Counted from the first letter of the stretch, positions 21,295-30,984 are shown. The stretch: 64,000 nucleotides of DNA from an uncultured Actinomycetes bacterium (GCA_963697125.1 CAVOMW010000006.1:79354-143353); one strand, 5' to 3'. Notes: generated by a model not told the origin, from the sequence alone. Made by a program: numbers and translations.

Positions 21295-22503
21295 TCAGCT
21301 GTTTCCCGCGACATCGAGACGCGCGTTGAGCGGACGGTCGAGGTCGATGCCCAGCAGCCCGCCGAGCTCGCGCAGCACCGCAGGCGCAGTCGTGTCGCTC
21401 CCGCCCGAGAGCACCGCGCTGGCGAGGTCGTCGAGCGCCTCGAGCGCGCTCGGCGCGTCGAGGTCGTGATCGATGGCGGCGCGGACGCGTGCTGCGTAGG
21501 GGCGCGGATCGGCACCGTCGGGGCGCTCGGCGGCCGCGACCAGTCGGTGCAGGAGCGCGGTGCCGTCGTCGAGATCGGTGTCGTGCCACTCGAAGCCGGC
21601 GCGGTAGTGGTGCTGCATCAACGCGAGGCGGATGGCACGCGGGTCGGCCGTCTTCAGGAGGTCGCTCACGAACACGAGGTTGCCGAGCGACTTCGACATC
21701 TTCTCGCCCTCGTAGCTCACCATCGCCGAGTGCACCCAGTGCCGCGAGAACGGCTCGCCGGTGATGCTCTCGCTCTGCGCGACCTCGCACTCGTGGTGCG
21801 GGAAGATGAGGTCGGTGCCGCCGCCGTGGAGGTCGAGCGTGGGACCGAGCTCGTGCATCGCCATCACCGAGCACTCCACGTGCCAGCCGGGACGGCCCAC
21901 GCCGAACGGGGCGTCCCACGACGGCTCGTCGGGCAGCGAGGGCTGCCAGAGCACGAAGTCGAGCGGGTCGCGACGGTGCGGGTCGTCGGGGTTGCCGCCC
22001 CGCTCGCGCGCCAGGTGCACCATCTCGTCGCGGGAGTAGTGCGACACCTCGCCGTAGCGAGGGAACGTCGACACGTCGAAGTAGACGGTGCCGTGCGGCT
22101 CGTAGGCATGACCGTCGTCGAGGAGGGCGTTGACCATCTCGATCATGCCGTCGATCGACTCGGTGGCGCGCGGCTCGGCGAGCGGCGGGCGGGTGTCGAG
22201 CGCGTCCATGTCGGACCGGAAGCGCGCCAGCTCGGCCTCGGCCAGCTCGAGGTAGGGCACGCCGAGCTCGCGGGCCTTGGGCAGGATCGAGTCGTCGACG
22301 TCGGTGACGTTGCGCACCATGCGGACCTCGTGGCCGAGCTCCTCGAGCCGGCGGATGAGGAGGTCGTAGGTGAGGTAGGTGGCGGCGTGGCCGAGGTGGG
22401 TGGAGTCGTAGGGCGTGATGCCGCACACGTACATGCGCACGACCGGCCCGACCTCGAAGGGGACGACGCTGCGTTGCGCGGTGTCGAAGAGCTCGATCGT
22501 CAT
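21295..22503 (-). CDS. mshC: Cysteine:1D-myo-inosityl 2-amino-2-deoxy-alpha-D-glucopyranoside ligase (MshC; CysRS paralogue)
   Basis: Intact 402-aa ORF: MYVCGITPYDSTHLGHAATY (HIGH), GRPGWHVECS, KMSKSLGN (KMSKS), HYRAGFEW. The length and the absence of a CysRS anticodon domain favour MshC over CysS. Confidence 0.75.
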   Translation of the reverse strand: MTIELFDTAQRSVVPFEVGPVVRMYVCGITPYDSTHLGHAATYLTYDLLIRRLEELGHEVRMVRNVTDVDDSILPKARELGVPYLELAEAELARFRSDMDALDTRPPLAEPRATESIDGMIEMVNALLDDGHAYEPHGTVYFDVSTFPRYGEVSHYSRDEMVHLARERGGNPDDPHRRDPLDFVLWQPSLPDEPSWDAPFGVGRPGWHVECSVMAMHELGPTLDLHGGGTDLIFPHHECEVAQSESITGEPFSRHWVHSAMVSYEGEKMSKSLGNLVFVSDLLKTADPRAIRLALMQHHYRAGFEWHDTDLDDGTALLHRLVAAAERPDGADPRPYAARVRAAIDHDLDAPSALEALDDLASAVLSGGSDTTAPAVLRELGGLLGIDLDRPLNARLDVAGNS

Positions 22504-22513
22504 AGCTGGTTGA

Positions 22514-23176
22514 TCATGTCGCGCGGGGTCCGACGCCTTCGATGCGGAGCGATCCCTCGCCCTTGTGCCGGAGGTTGACGGTGAGCAGCGCCGCCGAGAA
22601 GGTCTCGAGGCCGATCGCGTTCTCGAGCGTGCCGGCGTCGAAGGCCCGCAGGTCGGGGATGGCGTCGACGAGGTCGAGGACGGTCGTGCGGCCCTCGTCG
22701 TCGCCGACGACGAGGACGTCTCCCTTGAGCGGTTGGCTGATGTCGGCGAGCGCGGCGGCGGGGACCAGGTGGAACGCAGCCACCACGTACGCCGCGGGCG
22801 CCACCGCCTTCACCTCGGCCGCGATCGAGCCCGCGGGCGACGGTACGGGTACGAACTGACGGCCCCGCTTCTCCAGGCCGTTGGCCATGGAGATGACGAT
22901 CTTGCCGGCGAGCTGGTCGGCGTGGGCCTTCGCCGTCGGGACCGCGGCGTCCCAGACGGTGGCGAGCACCACCAGGTCGGCAGCGGCGGCGTCGTGGTTG
23001 CTACCGGGCTCGAGGCCGGCCACCCGGTCACCCCAGCGAGCACGGACCTCGTCGACGACCTGGGCCGCGCGTTCCCGGTCGCGCGACCCCACGGTCACGC
23101 GGTGACCGGTCGCGGCCAGCCGGGTGGCGATTCCCCGCCCGGCCGGTCCAGTCCCCCCCAACACGCCGATGTGCAT
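22514..23176 (-). CDS. npdG: NADPH-dependent F420 reductase
   Basis: Intact 220-aa ORF: MHIGVLGGTGPAGRGIATRLA (Rossmann), VGSRDRERA, and the C-terminal dimerisation region typical of Fno/NpdG. Confidence 0.8.
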   Translation of the reverse strand: MHIGVLGGTGPAGRGIATRLAATGHRVTVGSRDRERAAQVVDEVRARWGDRVAGLEPGSNHDAAAADLVVLATVWDAAVPTAKAHADQLAGKIVISMANGLEKRGRQFVPVPSPAGSIAAEVKAVAPAAYVVAAFHLVPAAALADISQPLKGDVLVVGDDEGRTTVLDLVDAIPDLRAFDAGTLENAIGLETFSAALLTVNLRHKGEGSLRIEGVGPRAT

Positions 23177-23206
23177 GCCCGAGAGCTTCGCACATGGCCG
23201 CGACCA

Positions 23207-23255
23207 CCGAACATCTCAGGATGCACGTACGCATGTGGGGGTCAAGTCCGAGATG
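23207..23255 (-). repeat. 49-nt palindromic repeat, copy 2 (left terminal inverted repeat of the DUF559 cassette)
   Basis: The reverse complement is catctcggacttgacccccacatgcgtacgtgcatcctgagatgttcgg, 43/49 identical to copy 1 including an exact 20-nt core. It lies in the npdG/DUF559 divergent spacer. Confidence 0.85.
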
Positions 23256-23300
23256 CTCGCGGGGGTGTGACTCTCCGGCGACCGCTGCGTCAGTTCCTCG

Positions 23301-24206
23301 GTGACCACTTCGTCCCTCTTCGACCTCGCCCGCCGCCAACACGGGCTGATCACGCGCCAGCAGGCGCTCATGGCGGTGTCGGCCAACACACTCGATCGGC
23401 GGATCAGAGCCCGACTCCTGGAACCCGTGCGGCGAGGGGTGTACCGCCTGGGAGGAGTCCCCGAGACCTGGGAGCAGCAACTGCTCGCGGTGTGCTTGTC
23501 CGCAGGACCGGAGGTTTGTGCATCCTTCAGATCAGCCGCCGCGCTGGACTCGTTCGAAGGATTCCCACGCGAAGGGCTGGAGGTCACGCACTTCGGGAGT
23601 CGGCCGTCGGCGATCGAGGGCGTCGTCGTGCACGAGTCGGCGGTGTTCGACCCCAGGCACCTGAGGCGAGTCGCTGGCATCCCGACGACATCGGTCGCAC
23701 GCACCCTGTGCGACCTCACCGCCGTCGTGCCGAAGTGGACCGTCGAACGTGCCGTCGACGAAGCGTTGCGGCGCAAGATCGTGCGGCTCGGCGACATCGT
23801 CGCGGTCGCTGAGCTCCTCGAAGGCCGAGGACGACTCCGGTGCACGGTGATGCGCGAGATCCTCGAGCACAGGCGGCCCGGCTACGAACCCGGCGACAGC
23901 GACCCGGAGCGGCGGATCGCGGAACTGCTGGTCCGAGCCGGTCTCCCCGAGCCCACCAGGCAGCACCGCGTCGAGATCGGGGGACGCCGATTTCGGATCG
24001 ATCTCTGCTACCCCGAGTTCAAGATCGCGATCGAGTACGACGGATGGGAGTGGCACTCGGGGCGTCGAGCCTTCGATGAAGACCGTGCACGCGCGAATCA
24101 GCTCGTGGTGCTGGGCTTCGCGGTGCTGCGCTTCACCTCGAAGTCGACCGAGCAGTCGATCGTCGATACGGTGAGCGCCGCGATCGAGCGAGCATCGCGG
24201 GGATGA
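23301..24206 (+). CDS. AbiEi-like wHTH / DUF559 (Vsr-like endonuclease fold) domain protein
   Basis: Intact 301-aa ORF. N-terminus LARRQHGLITRQQALMAVSANTLDRRIRARLLEPVRRGVYRLGG. C-terminus ERRIAELLVRAGLPEPTRQHRVEIGGRRFRIDLCYPEFKIAIEYDGWEWH..ARANQLVVLGFAVLRF (DUF559 signature). Confidence 0.8.
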   Translation: MTTSSLFDLARRQHGLITRQQALMAVSANTLDRRIRARLLEPVRRGVYRLGGVPETWEQQLLAVCLSAGPEVCASFRSAAALDSFEGFPREGLEVTHFGSRPSAIEGVVVHESAVFDPRHLRRVAGIPTTSVARTLCDLTAVVPKWTVERAVDEALRRKIVRLGDIVAVAELLEGRGRLRCTVMREILEHRRPGYEPGDSDPERRIAELLVRAGLPEPTRQHRVEIGGRRFRIDLCYPEFKIAIEYDGWEWHSGRRAFDEDRARANQLVVLGFAVLRFTSKSTEQSIVDTVSAAIERASRG

Positions 24207-24241
24207 CCCCCATATACGTACGTCAACTCTGAGATGCTCGC
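24193..24241 (+). repeat. 49-nt palindromic repeat, copy 3 (right terminal inverted repeat of the DUF559 cassette)
   Basis: catcgcggggatgacccccatatacgtacgtcaactctgagatgctcgc, 39/49 identical to copy 1. It overlaps the DUF559 stop (24204-24206) and ends 3 nt before the dnaE stop. Confidence 0.8.
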
Positions 24242-24243
24242 TC

Positions 24244-27200
24244 TCAGGTGATGCAGTCGGCGCCGAGGAGGATGCGGAGCTCGGCGTAGAGGCCGGTGCC
24301 GGCGTCGACGAGGTGGTCGTCGCCGAGGCGCAGGACGGTGGTCTTCTCCGGGCTCTCGAGGTGCACGTAGACCGGGCTGTCGCCGGGGTGCTCGGAGAGG
24401 ATGTTCTTCAGCTGGCCGACCTTGGCGTCGGAGAGCAGGTTGAGCTTCACCTTCACCCGCACCGGCGGCCCGGTGTCGACCGACAGCTCGGGGCGCACGA
24501 CCTCCATGGCGATGATCTTGGGCTGGTCCTCGCGGACGTCGAGGCGACCCTTGATCACGACGATGGCGTCGTCCTCGAGGAGATGGCCGTACTGCTCCAT
24601 CGTCTTCGGGAACACCATCACCTCGAGCGCGGCCCCGAGGTCCTCGAGCGTGAACGTGGCCATGAGGTCGCCGCGCTTGGTGTAGCGGCGGTTGAGCGCG
24701 GTGACGATGCCGCCGACCGTGCGCATCTCACCCTCACGACTGTCGCGCAGCTCGGCGAGCGTGCCGTCGGTGTACTTCCGCAGCGCACGTTCGGCGCCCA
24801 TCATCGGGTGGTCGCTCACGTAGAGGCCGAGCATCTCCTTCTCGAACGTGAGTCGTTGCGACTTCGGGAACTCGGTGTCGGGGATGTCGGTGCGGTGGCC
24901 GACCACCGACTCGGGCGCGGGATCGTCGACGGCGGAGAAGAGGTCGAACTGACCTTCGGCCTCGTTGCGACGACGGCCGAGCACGGTCTCGATGATGGTC
25001 TCGTGCACGAACACGAGCCCCTGGCGCGGGTGGCCGAGCGAGTCGAACGCGCCCGCCTTCGCCAGTGACTCCACGCAGCGCTTGTTGAGCACCGACGGGT
25101 CGACCCGGTCGCAGAAGTCGTAGAAGTCGGTGAACGGGCCGCCCTCCTCGCGCGCCGCGACGATGTGCGCGACCACGCCTTCGCCCACGTTGCGGACCGC
25201 GGAGAGCCCGAACCGGATGGCACTCCCCCGGTCGGGGTGGGTGCGCACCGAGAAGTCGGAGACCGACTCGTTGACGTCGGGGACGAGCACCTCGATGCCC
25301 ATCTGCCGGCACTCGTTGAGGAAGACCGCGGTCTGGTCCTTGTTGGTCTTGACCGAGGTGAGCAGCGCGGCGAAGTACTCGGGCGGGTAGTTCGCCTTGA
25401 GCCACGCGGTCTGGTACGTGACGTAGCCGTAGCCGAACGAGTGCGACTTGTTGAACGAGTAGTCGGCGAACGGCTCGATCATGTCGAAGAAGTCGTTGCC
25501 GAACGCCTCGGTGTGCCCGTTGGCGACGCACCCCTCGACGAACTTCGTGCGCTCCTTGGCGATGAGGGCGCGGATCTTCTTGCCGGTGGCCTTGCGGAGG
25601 TTGTCGGCCTCCTCCAGCGAGTAGCCGGCGAGCCGCTGCGCGACGCGCATCAGCTGCTCCTGGTAGATCATCAACCCGTAGGTGGGCTCGAGCACCTCGC
25701 GCAGGTCCTCGTGGGGGTAGCTGACCGGCTTGCGACCGTTCTTGCGGTCGGCGTACTCGTTGTGCCAGTTCTGCGCCATCGGACCCGGGCGGTACAGGGC
25801 GATGAGCGCGGCGACGTCTTCGAACTCGGTGGGCGCGAGCGAACGCAGCAGCGCGCGCATGGGTCCGCCTTCGAGCTGGAACACGCCCACGGTGTCGCCG
25901 CGGCGGAGCAGGTCGAACGTGGCCGGGTCGTCGAGGGGGACGCGGTCGATGTCGGGGCGGGCGCCGGTGTTCTCGGCGATGAGGTCGAGCGCGATCTCGA
26001 GGACGTCGAGGTTGCGCAGCCCCAGGAAGTCCATCTTGAGCAGGCCGAGGTCTTCGACCCCGTGCATCTCGTACTGGGTGACGATCGGCGCGTCCTCGAT
26101 GCGGCCCCCGGCTTCGGGCTTGCGCTGGATCGGGAGGTACTCGGTGAGCGGATCGCGCGTGATGACGACGGCGGCGGCGTGGATGCCGTCCTGGCGGCGG
26201 AGGCCTTCGAGGCCGCGGGCGACGTCGATGACGCGCTTGGCGTCGGGATCGGACTCGTAGAGCGTGCGCAGCTCGGTGGCCATCTTGTAGCCGTCTTCGT
26301 GGCCGGTGACCTTCTCGAAGCACGCGCGCAGCGGCGTGTCGCGACCCATGATCAGCGGCGGCATGAGCTTCGCGATCCGGTCGCCGATGAGGTACGGGTA
26401 GCCGAGCACGCGCGCGGAGTCGCGCACCGCGGCACGCGCCTTGATGGTGGAGAAGGTGACGATCTGCGCGACGTGGTCCCACCCGTAGCGCTCGGCGGCG
26501 TACTTGATCATCTCGCCGCGGTAGCGAGAGTCGAAGTCCATGTCGATGTCGGGCATCTGCTTGCGGCCGGGGTTGAGGAACCGCTCGAACAGCAGGTCGT
26601 ACTTGATCGGGTCGATGTCGACGATGCGCAGGCAGTAGGCGACGCAGGACCCCGCCGCACTCCCCCGGCCCGGCCCGACGCGGATGCCCCGCGAGCGCGC
26701 GTAGCGCACGAGGTCCCACACGATCAGGAAGTACGCCGAGAACCCCATCGTCTTGATGACGCCGAGCTCGAACTCGATGCGCTCGAGCACCTCCGGCCCG
26801 GGCGAGATCCCGTAGCGCTCCTTCGCTCCCTCGATGCACAGCTCGCGGAGGAACGAGTCTTCGTCGTGCCCGGGAGGCGTGGGGAACGACGGGAGCACCG
26901 CGTTGCCGAACTCGATCTCGACCGCGGCGCGCTCGGCGATGAGCAGCGTGTTGTCGCACGCCTCCTCGTAGTCGGAGAACAGCGCGCGCATCTCCGACGC
27001 GGTCTTGAGGTAGAACTCGTCGGCGTCGAACTTGAAGCGCTTCGGGTCGGACTGCAGCGCGCCGGTCTGCACGCACAGCAGCGCGTCGTGCGACTCGGCG
27101 TCGTGGCGATGCGTGTAGTGCGAGTCGTTCGTCGCCAGCAACGGTGCGCGCATGTCGCGCGCGAGCTTGATCAGCTGCGGATTGACCTGCAGCTGCTCGG

Positions 27201-27771
27201 GGAGCCCGTGGTCCTGCAGCTCGACGAAGAACGAGTCGCGACCGAAGATCGACTGGAAGCGCTCGACGTGCTGCTGCGCGAGCGTGTAGTTGCCCTCGAG
27301 GATGGCCTGCGACACCGCGCCGCCCAGGCAGCCGGTGGTGCCGACGAGACCCTCGTGGTGCTGCTCGAGCAGGTCGAAGTCGACGCGGGGCTTCTGGAAG
27401 AAGCCGTCGAGGTACGCGCCCGACGACACCTTGATGAGGTTCTTGTACCCCTGCGTCGACTCGGCGAGGAGCGTGAGGTGGTAGATGTCGTGCTCGTCAC
27501 GCCGCGGGCGATCGTGACGCGACGTGGTGACCATGTACGCCTCGGTGCCGATGACCGGCGTGAGGTCGAGGTCGCGCGCGGCGCGGTAGAAGTCGAGGAC
27601 GCCGTACATGTTCCCGTGGTCGGTGATGCCCACCGCGGGCTGGCCGTCGGCCGCGGCCGTGGCCACCACCTCGGCGATCCGCGCAGCACCGTCGAGCATC
27701 GAGAACTCGGTGTGCAGGTGGAGGTGGACGAACGACTTGGCCAACGATGCCCTTATCCACACGTCCTCCAC
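24244..27771 (-). CDS. dnaE: DNA polymerase III alpha subunit (DnaE1 type)
   Basis: Intact 1175-aa ORF: PHP domain FVHLHLHTEFSMLDGA, palm GPGRGSAAGS..DIDMDF, OB fold, C-terminal tau-binding region. The start may be GTG 27771 or TTG 27744 (after AAGGG). Confidence 0.97.
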   Translation of the reverse strand: MEDVWIRASLAKSFVHLHLHTEFSMLDGAARIAEVVATAAADGQPAVGITDHGNMYGVLDFYRAARDLDLTPVIGTEAYMVTTSRHDRPRRDEHDIYHLTLLAESTQGYKNLIKVSSGAYLDGFFQKPRVDFDLLEQHHEGLVGTTGCLGGAVSQAILEGNYTLAQQHVERFQSIFGRDSFFVELQDHGLPEQLQVNPQLIKLARDMRAPLLATNDSHYTHRHDAESHDALLCVQTGALQSDPKRFKFDADEFYLKTASEMRALFSDYEEACDNTLLIAERAAVEIEFGNAVLPSFPTPPGHDEDSFLRELCIEGAKERYGISPGPEVLERIEFELGVIKTMGFSAYFLIVWDLVRYARSRGIRVGPGRGSAAGSCVAYCLRIVDIDPIKYDLLFERFLNPGRKQMPDIDMDFDSRYRGEMIKYAAERYGWDHVAQIVTFSTIKARAAVRDSARVLGYPYLIGDRIAKLMPPLIMGRDTPLRACFEKVTGHEDGYKMATELRTLYESDPDAKRVIDVARGLEGLRRQDGIHAAAVVITRDPLTEYLPIQRKPEAGGRIEDAPIVTQYEMHGVEDLGLLKMDFLGLRNLDVLEIALDLIAENTGARPDIDRVPLDDPATFDLLRRGDTVGVFQLEGGPMRALLRSLAPTEFEDVAALIALYRPGPMAQNWHNEYADRKNGRKPVSYPHEDLREVLEPTYGLMIYQEQLMRVAQRLAGYSLEEADNLRKATGKKIRALIAKERTKFVEGCVANGHTEAFGNDFFDMIEPFADYSFNKSHSFGYGYVTYQTAWLKANYPPEYFAALLTSVKTNKDQTAVFLNECRQMGIEVLVPDVNESVSDFSVRTHPDRGSAIRFGLSAVRNVGEGVVAHIVAAREEGGPFTDFYDFCDRVDPSVLNKRCVESLAKAGAFDSLGHPRQGLVFVHETIIETVLGRRRNEAEGQFDLFSAVDDPAPESVVGHRTDIPDTEFPKSQRLTFEKEMLGLYVSDHPMMGAERALRKYTDGTLAELRDSREGEMRTVGGIVTALNRRYTKRGDLMATFTLEDLGAALEVMVFPKTMEQYGHLLEDDAIVVIKGRLDVREDQPKIIAMEVVRPELSVDTGPPVRVKVKLNLLSDAKVGQLKNILSEHPGDSPVYVHLESPEKTTVLRLGDDHLVDAGTGLYAELRILLGADCIT

Positions 27772-27785
27772 AGGTGCCTGTGGAG
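27766..27785. promoter_or_regulatory. Perfect 20-bp palindrome CTCCACAGG-TG-CCTGTGGAG at the dnaE 5' end
   Basis: 9-bp arms. It lies 27 nt after the stop of the upstream phosphatase gene and overlaps or precedes the dnaE start candidates. It could be an operator, attenuator or terminator hairpin. Confidence 0.3.
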
Positions 27786-27811
27786 AATCACACGGGTGTA
27801 GTTCGACGACG

Positions 27812-28918
27812 TTAGCGCGCGCGACCGCGAGAGGCCACGAGTGGGACCTCGACTTCGGCCGCGGTGATCGAACCGTGTGCGCCCATCAGGTTCGCCTCGT
27901 ACGGCAGGGTGGGATCGATGAAGCCGACGGGGCCGCGTGCGGCGAGGATCACGTCGCCGACGCGCCGGTAGACCGCAGGCACGGGATCGGGACCGAGCCA
28001 CCCTTCGTCGAGGAGCTGCTCACGTCGGAAGACCCAGGCTTCTCCACTTCCGGCTCGACCGTGGAGCTCCTCGGCGGCGGCGTGGAGCTCGGACGCGCGG
28101 CCGGGCTTGGCGTGCAGGTAGCGGAAGCGACCGTCGCCCGCGTAGGTCTCGACGAGCTCGTGCAACGGTGCGAGCGTGCGCCACCCGTCGGGGCCGACCT
28201 CGACCTGGCCGTGGTCCGCGGTCACCACCAGCGCGGTGTCGTCGGGCAACGCGTCGAGCAGGTCACCCACCAACCGGTCGGTGGCCGCGAGCTCGGCCGG
28301 GTAGAACGCCGACTCGAGCCCGTGTGCGTGCGCGACCTCGTCGACGCCGGAGTAGTAGGCGTACACGAACGGCGCGCCGCCGGCGACGAGGGCGCGGACC
28401 TCCTCGACCAGCACGGAGGTCGTCTGCCAGCCGTGGAAGTCGGTGCCGCGCATGTGCGCGGCGGTGAAGCCGGTGGTGCGGAACATGGCCTTGGTGACCA
28501 CGGGAACGGACTGCCCGCAGAACACCCGCTCCTTCTGCACGTGCGCGGGCTCGGGCGGACGCCCGCCGTCGGCGAGCTGCCAGCGGATGGCGTTGAGCAC
28601 GCCCTTCTCGTGGCGGATGCGGAACCCGGTGATGCCGTGGCGGGCGGGCGGCAGCCCGGTCGTGATCGAGGTGAGGGCGGCGGGCGTGGTCGACGGGACG
28701 ACGGTGGTCACCGGCCCCCCGGAGAACGCCCGCAGCTCGGGGAGGCGGTCCGGGAAGGACTGCAGGGCCTCCCAGCCGAGGCCGTCGAGCACCAGCAGCA
28801 CCGTCGACCGGGCCCCGGCGACCGGGGCCGGCATCCAGTCCACCGGCCGCACCCCCAACAGGGCAGGCACGACGCCGGTGACGTTGGGCCCCGAATAGTC
28901 CGGTTTGACAGGCTCCAC
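27812..28918 (-). CDS. Alkaline-phosphatase superfamily protein (nucleotide pyrophosphatase/phosphodiesterase or PglZ-like)
   Basis: Intact 368-aa ORF: LLVLDGLGWEAL, TTVVPSTTPAALTSITTGLPPARHGI, VVTADHG, GAHGS. These are metal-ligand motifs of the AP superfamily. Confidence 0.7.
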   Translation of the reverse strand: MEPVKPDYSGPNVTGVVPALLGVRPVDWMPAPVAGARSTVLLVLDGLGWEALQSFPDRLPELRAFSGGPVTTVVPSTTPAALTSITTGLPPARHGITGFRIRHEKGVLNAIRWQLADGGRPPEPAHVQKERVFCGQSVPVVTKAMFRTTGFTAAHMRGTDFHGWQTTSVLVEEVRALVAGGAPFVYAYYSGVDEVAHAHGLESAFYPAELAATDRLVGDLLDALPDDTALVVTADHGQVEVGPDGWRTLAPLHELVETYAGDGRFRYLHAKPGRASELHAAAEELHGRAGSGEAWVFRREQLLDEGWLGPDPVPAVYRRVGDVILAARGPVGFIDPTLPYEANLMGAHGSITAAEVEVPLVASRGRAR

Positions 28919-29042
28919 GGGCCCAGGCTACGAGGACGCGAGGTACCCGGCTCGCGGCGCGACCAACCCGGGCACCGGCGCCGTGACGCGCGACAATGCC
29001 GAGATGCACGCGGGCCAACGCCGAGCGGCAGCGAGGCCAGAG

Positions 29043-29551
29043 TGAAGGTGTCTCGACCCGAGGTGACTACGCGGCGCGGGCGCTGCTGTCGCTCGCGCTG
29101 CACGGCTCCGAGCGGCCCACGTCGGTCAAGGAGATCGCCGAGCGCACCGGTCTCCCCCAGCCCTACCTCGAGCAGATCCTGCTGGCGGTGAAGGGCGCCG
29201 GGCTCGTGCGCTCCAAGCGCGGCGTCGGCGGCGGCTACGTGCTCGCCCGTGCCGCCCGAGGAGATCACCCTGGCCGACATCCTCGCCGCGGTCGACGGCC
29301 CGCTCACCACGCTGCTCGGCGAGCACGACCACTGCGAGGGCCACTGCATCCTGCAGGAGGTGTGGGTCGGCGTGTCCGAGGAGACCCGCCAGATCCTCGA
29401 GCGCTTCACGCTCGCACGAGCTCGTCGAACGCACGCGCATCGGTCACCCCGACGCCGTCTCCATCGACGATGGCTCGATCAACGAAGGCACGACCAACGA
29501 AGCACGATCAGCGGTGTTGTCGTCCCTCAGGTGGCGGCGGTCGAGAACTGA
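29043..29551 (+). CDS. Rrf2-family transcriptional regulator
   Basis: VSTRGDYAARALLSLALHGSERPTSVKEIAERTGLPQPYLEQILLAVKGAGLVRSKRGVGGGYVLAR lies in ORF 28996..30012. PPEEITLADILAAVDGPL..CILQEVW lies in ORF 29249..29551. At least 2-3 frame breaks; both ends are approximate. Confidence 0.75.
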
Positions 29552-30968
29552 CGCTCGCGCGGTGGTGCCGGCACGTCGCTCCGACGTATGCGCACCACGA
29601 CTTCGAGTCCGCCGGTCGCCGACGGCTCGAGCGCGACGTCGCCGCCATCACCCACCACCAGCTCGCGCACGATCGAGAGGCCGAGGCCGAAGTGGCCGTT
29701 CGGGCGCCCGTCCTTGCGGGCGCCGCCGGACTGCCAGAAGCGGTCGAACGCGCAGGCACGCTCTTCGGGGGACATGCCAGGACCCTCGTCGCTGACCCGC
29801 AGCTCCACCCAGGCGCCGCGATCGGCGGCGGCGACCCGGACCGCGCTGCCCTCGGGCGCGACCTCGAGCGCGTTGTTGAGCAGGTTGTCGACCACCTGCT
29901 CCAGACGTCCGGGCGTCGCACGCGCGACGGGGGAACCGTCGATGTCGGCGGCGATGCGCACGTGCTTCTCGGCCGCGAACGCGTCCCCACGCGTCGCAGC
30001 GGCCGTCGATGACGGCGTCGACCGCAATGGCCGACGGTGACGACGGCGACTGCTCGGCGCGCGTGAGTGCGAGCAGCCCGTCGACCAGCCGGGAGAGCCG
30101 CGCGACCTCGTCGAGCGCGCCTTCGAGGTCTTCGGCCGCGGCCCCGTGCACGTCGGGCTCGAGGTTCTCGAGCCGGAGCCGCATCGCGGCCAGCGGCGTG
30201 CGGAGCTGGTGTGACGCGTCGGCGACGAACGCGCGCTGCGTACCGACCAGCTGCTCGAGCCGCGCTGCGGTGGCGTTGAACGACTCGGCCAGCACGGTGA
30301 GCTCAGCCGGGCCCTTCGGCACCTCCGCGCGCGGCGAGGTCGCCCGCGCCGAGGTGCTCGGCGGCGGCCTCGAGGTCGTCGATGGGCTTGGTCACCGAAC
30401 GCGCCAACAGCAAGCTGGCGAGGAACACGATGCCGAGCACGACACCGCCGGTCGCCGCGAGGAGCCACCAGATGTGTTGAATCTGCTGGTCGATCACCGA
30501 CGCCGGATACGTGATGCGCACCGCGCCCTGGATGCCGTCGACGGAGCCGATCGGCAGCGCGACGTACAGCAGGTCGGTACCGAGCGTCTTCGACGAGCGC
30601 GTGCCGCTCACCTCGGCGCCGTGCAACGCGCGGTCGATCTCGGGTCGGCTGGAGAAGTCGCGCCCCACCGGGCTGCCGGAATCCGAGTCGGCGATGCTGC
30701 GACCGTCGGCGTCGACGATGACCACGCGGCCACCTGCCGAGTCGCTGTACCGCGCCGCGAGCTCCTGGAGCGCGCGCGTCGGTTCGACCGATGCGCCGGC
30801 GGCGAGCGGTTCGCGAGCGCGGGTCGCGAGCGCGAACGCGTCGTGCTGGAGGTCACTCGTCAGTCGACGCTCGACCGAGTTCGAGTACGACACCCCGAGC
30901 GGGATCGCGAGGACGAGCAGCACGAAGGCGGTGATCGAGAGGTAGCTGACGAGCAGCCGCCGCTTCAC
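29527..30968 (-). CDS. Sensor histidine kinase (HAMP-HisKA-HATPase)
   Basis: TM plus periplasmic domain plus HAMP lie in ORF 30303..31073 from GTG 30968. The H-box FVADASHQLRTPLAAM lies in ORF 29648..30322. The N/G boxes NLLNNALEVAP, DEGPGMSPEE and GLGLSIVRELV lie in ORF 29527..30468. 2 frame breaks. Confidence 0.85.
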
Positions 30969-30984
30969 CGTGCCTCCCTGTTCG

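Larger units (their letters stand above)
23207..24241 (+). mobile_element. Candidate TIR-bounded single-gene cassette (DUF559 nuclease-fold gene)
   Basis: Inverted 49-nt repeats at both ends, both with the TGACCCCC end facing inward. One gene inside. The unit fills the entire spacer between the core genes npdG and dnaE. Codon usage looks less GC3-biased by eye. No transposase and no obvious target-site duplication. Confidence 0.35.

Noticed and set aside
27786-27811. LexA box upstream of dnaE (gtagTTCGAcgacgTTAGC)
   Set aside because: Only one half-site resembles GTTCGA and the partner half is absent. This dnaE is the housekeeping DnaE1 type, which is not expected to be SOS-regulated.
27812-28918. 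PglZ-like phosphatase as part of a BREX/DISARM-type defence system
   Set aside because: It is a stand-alone gene in conserved housekeeping surroundings (dnaE, Rrf2). No methyltransferase, ATPase, helicase or other defence partners are in the window.
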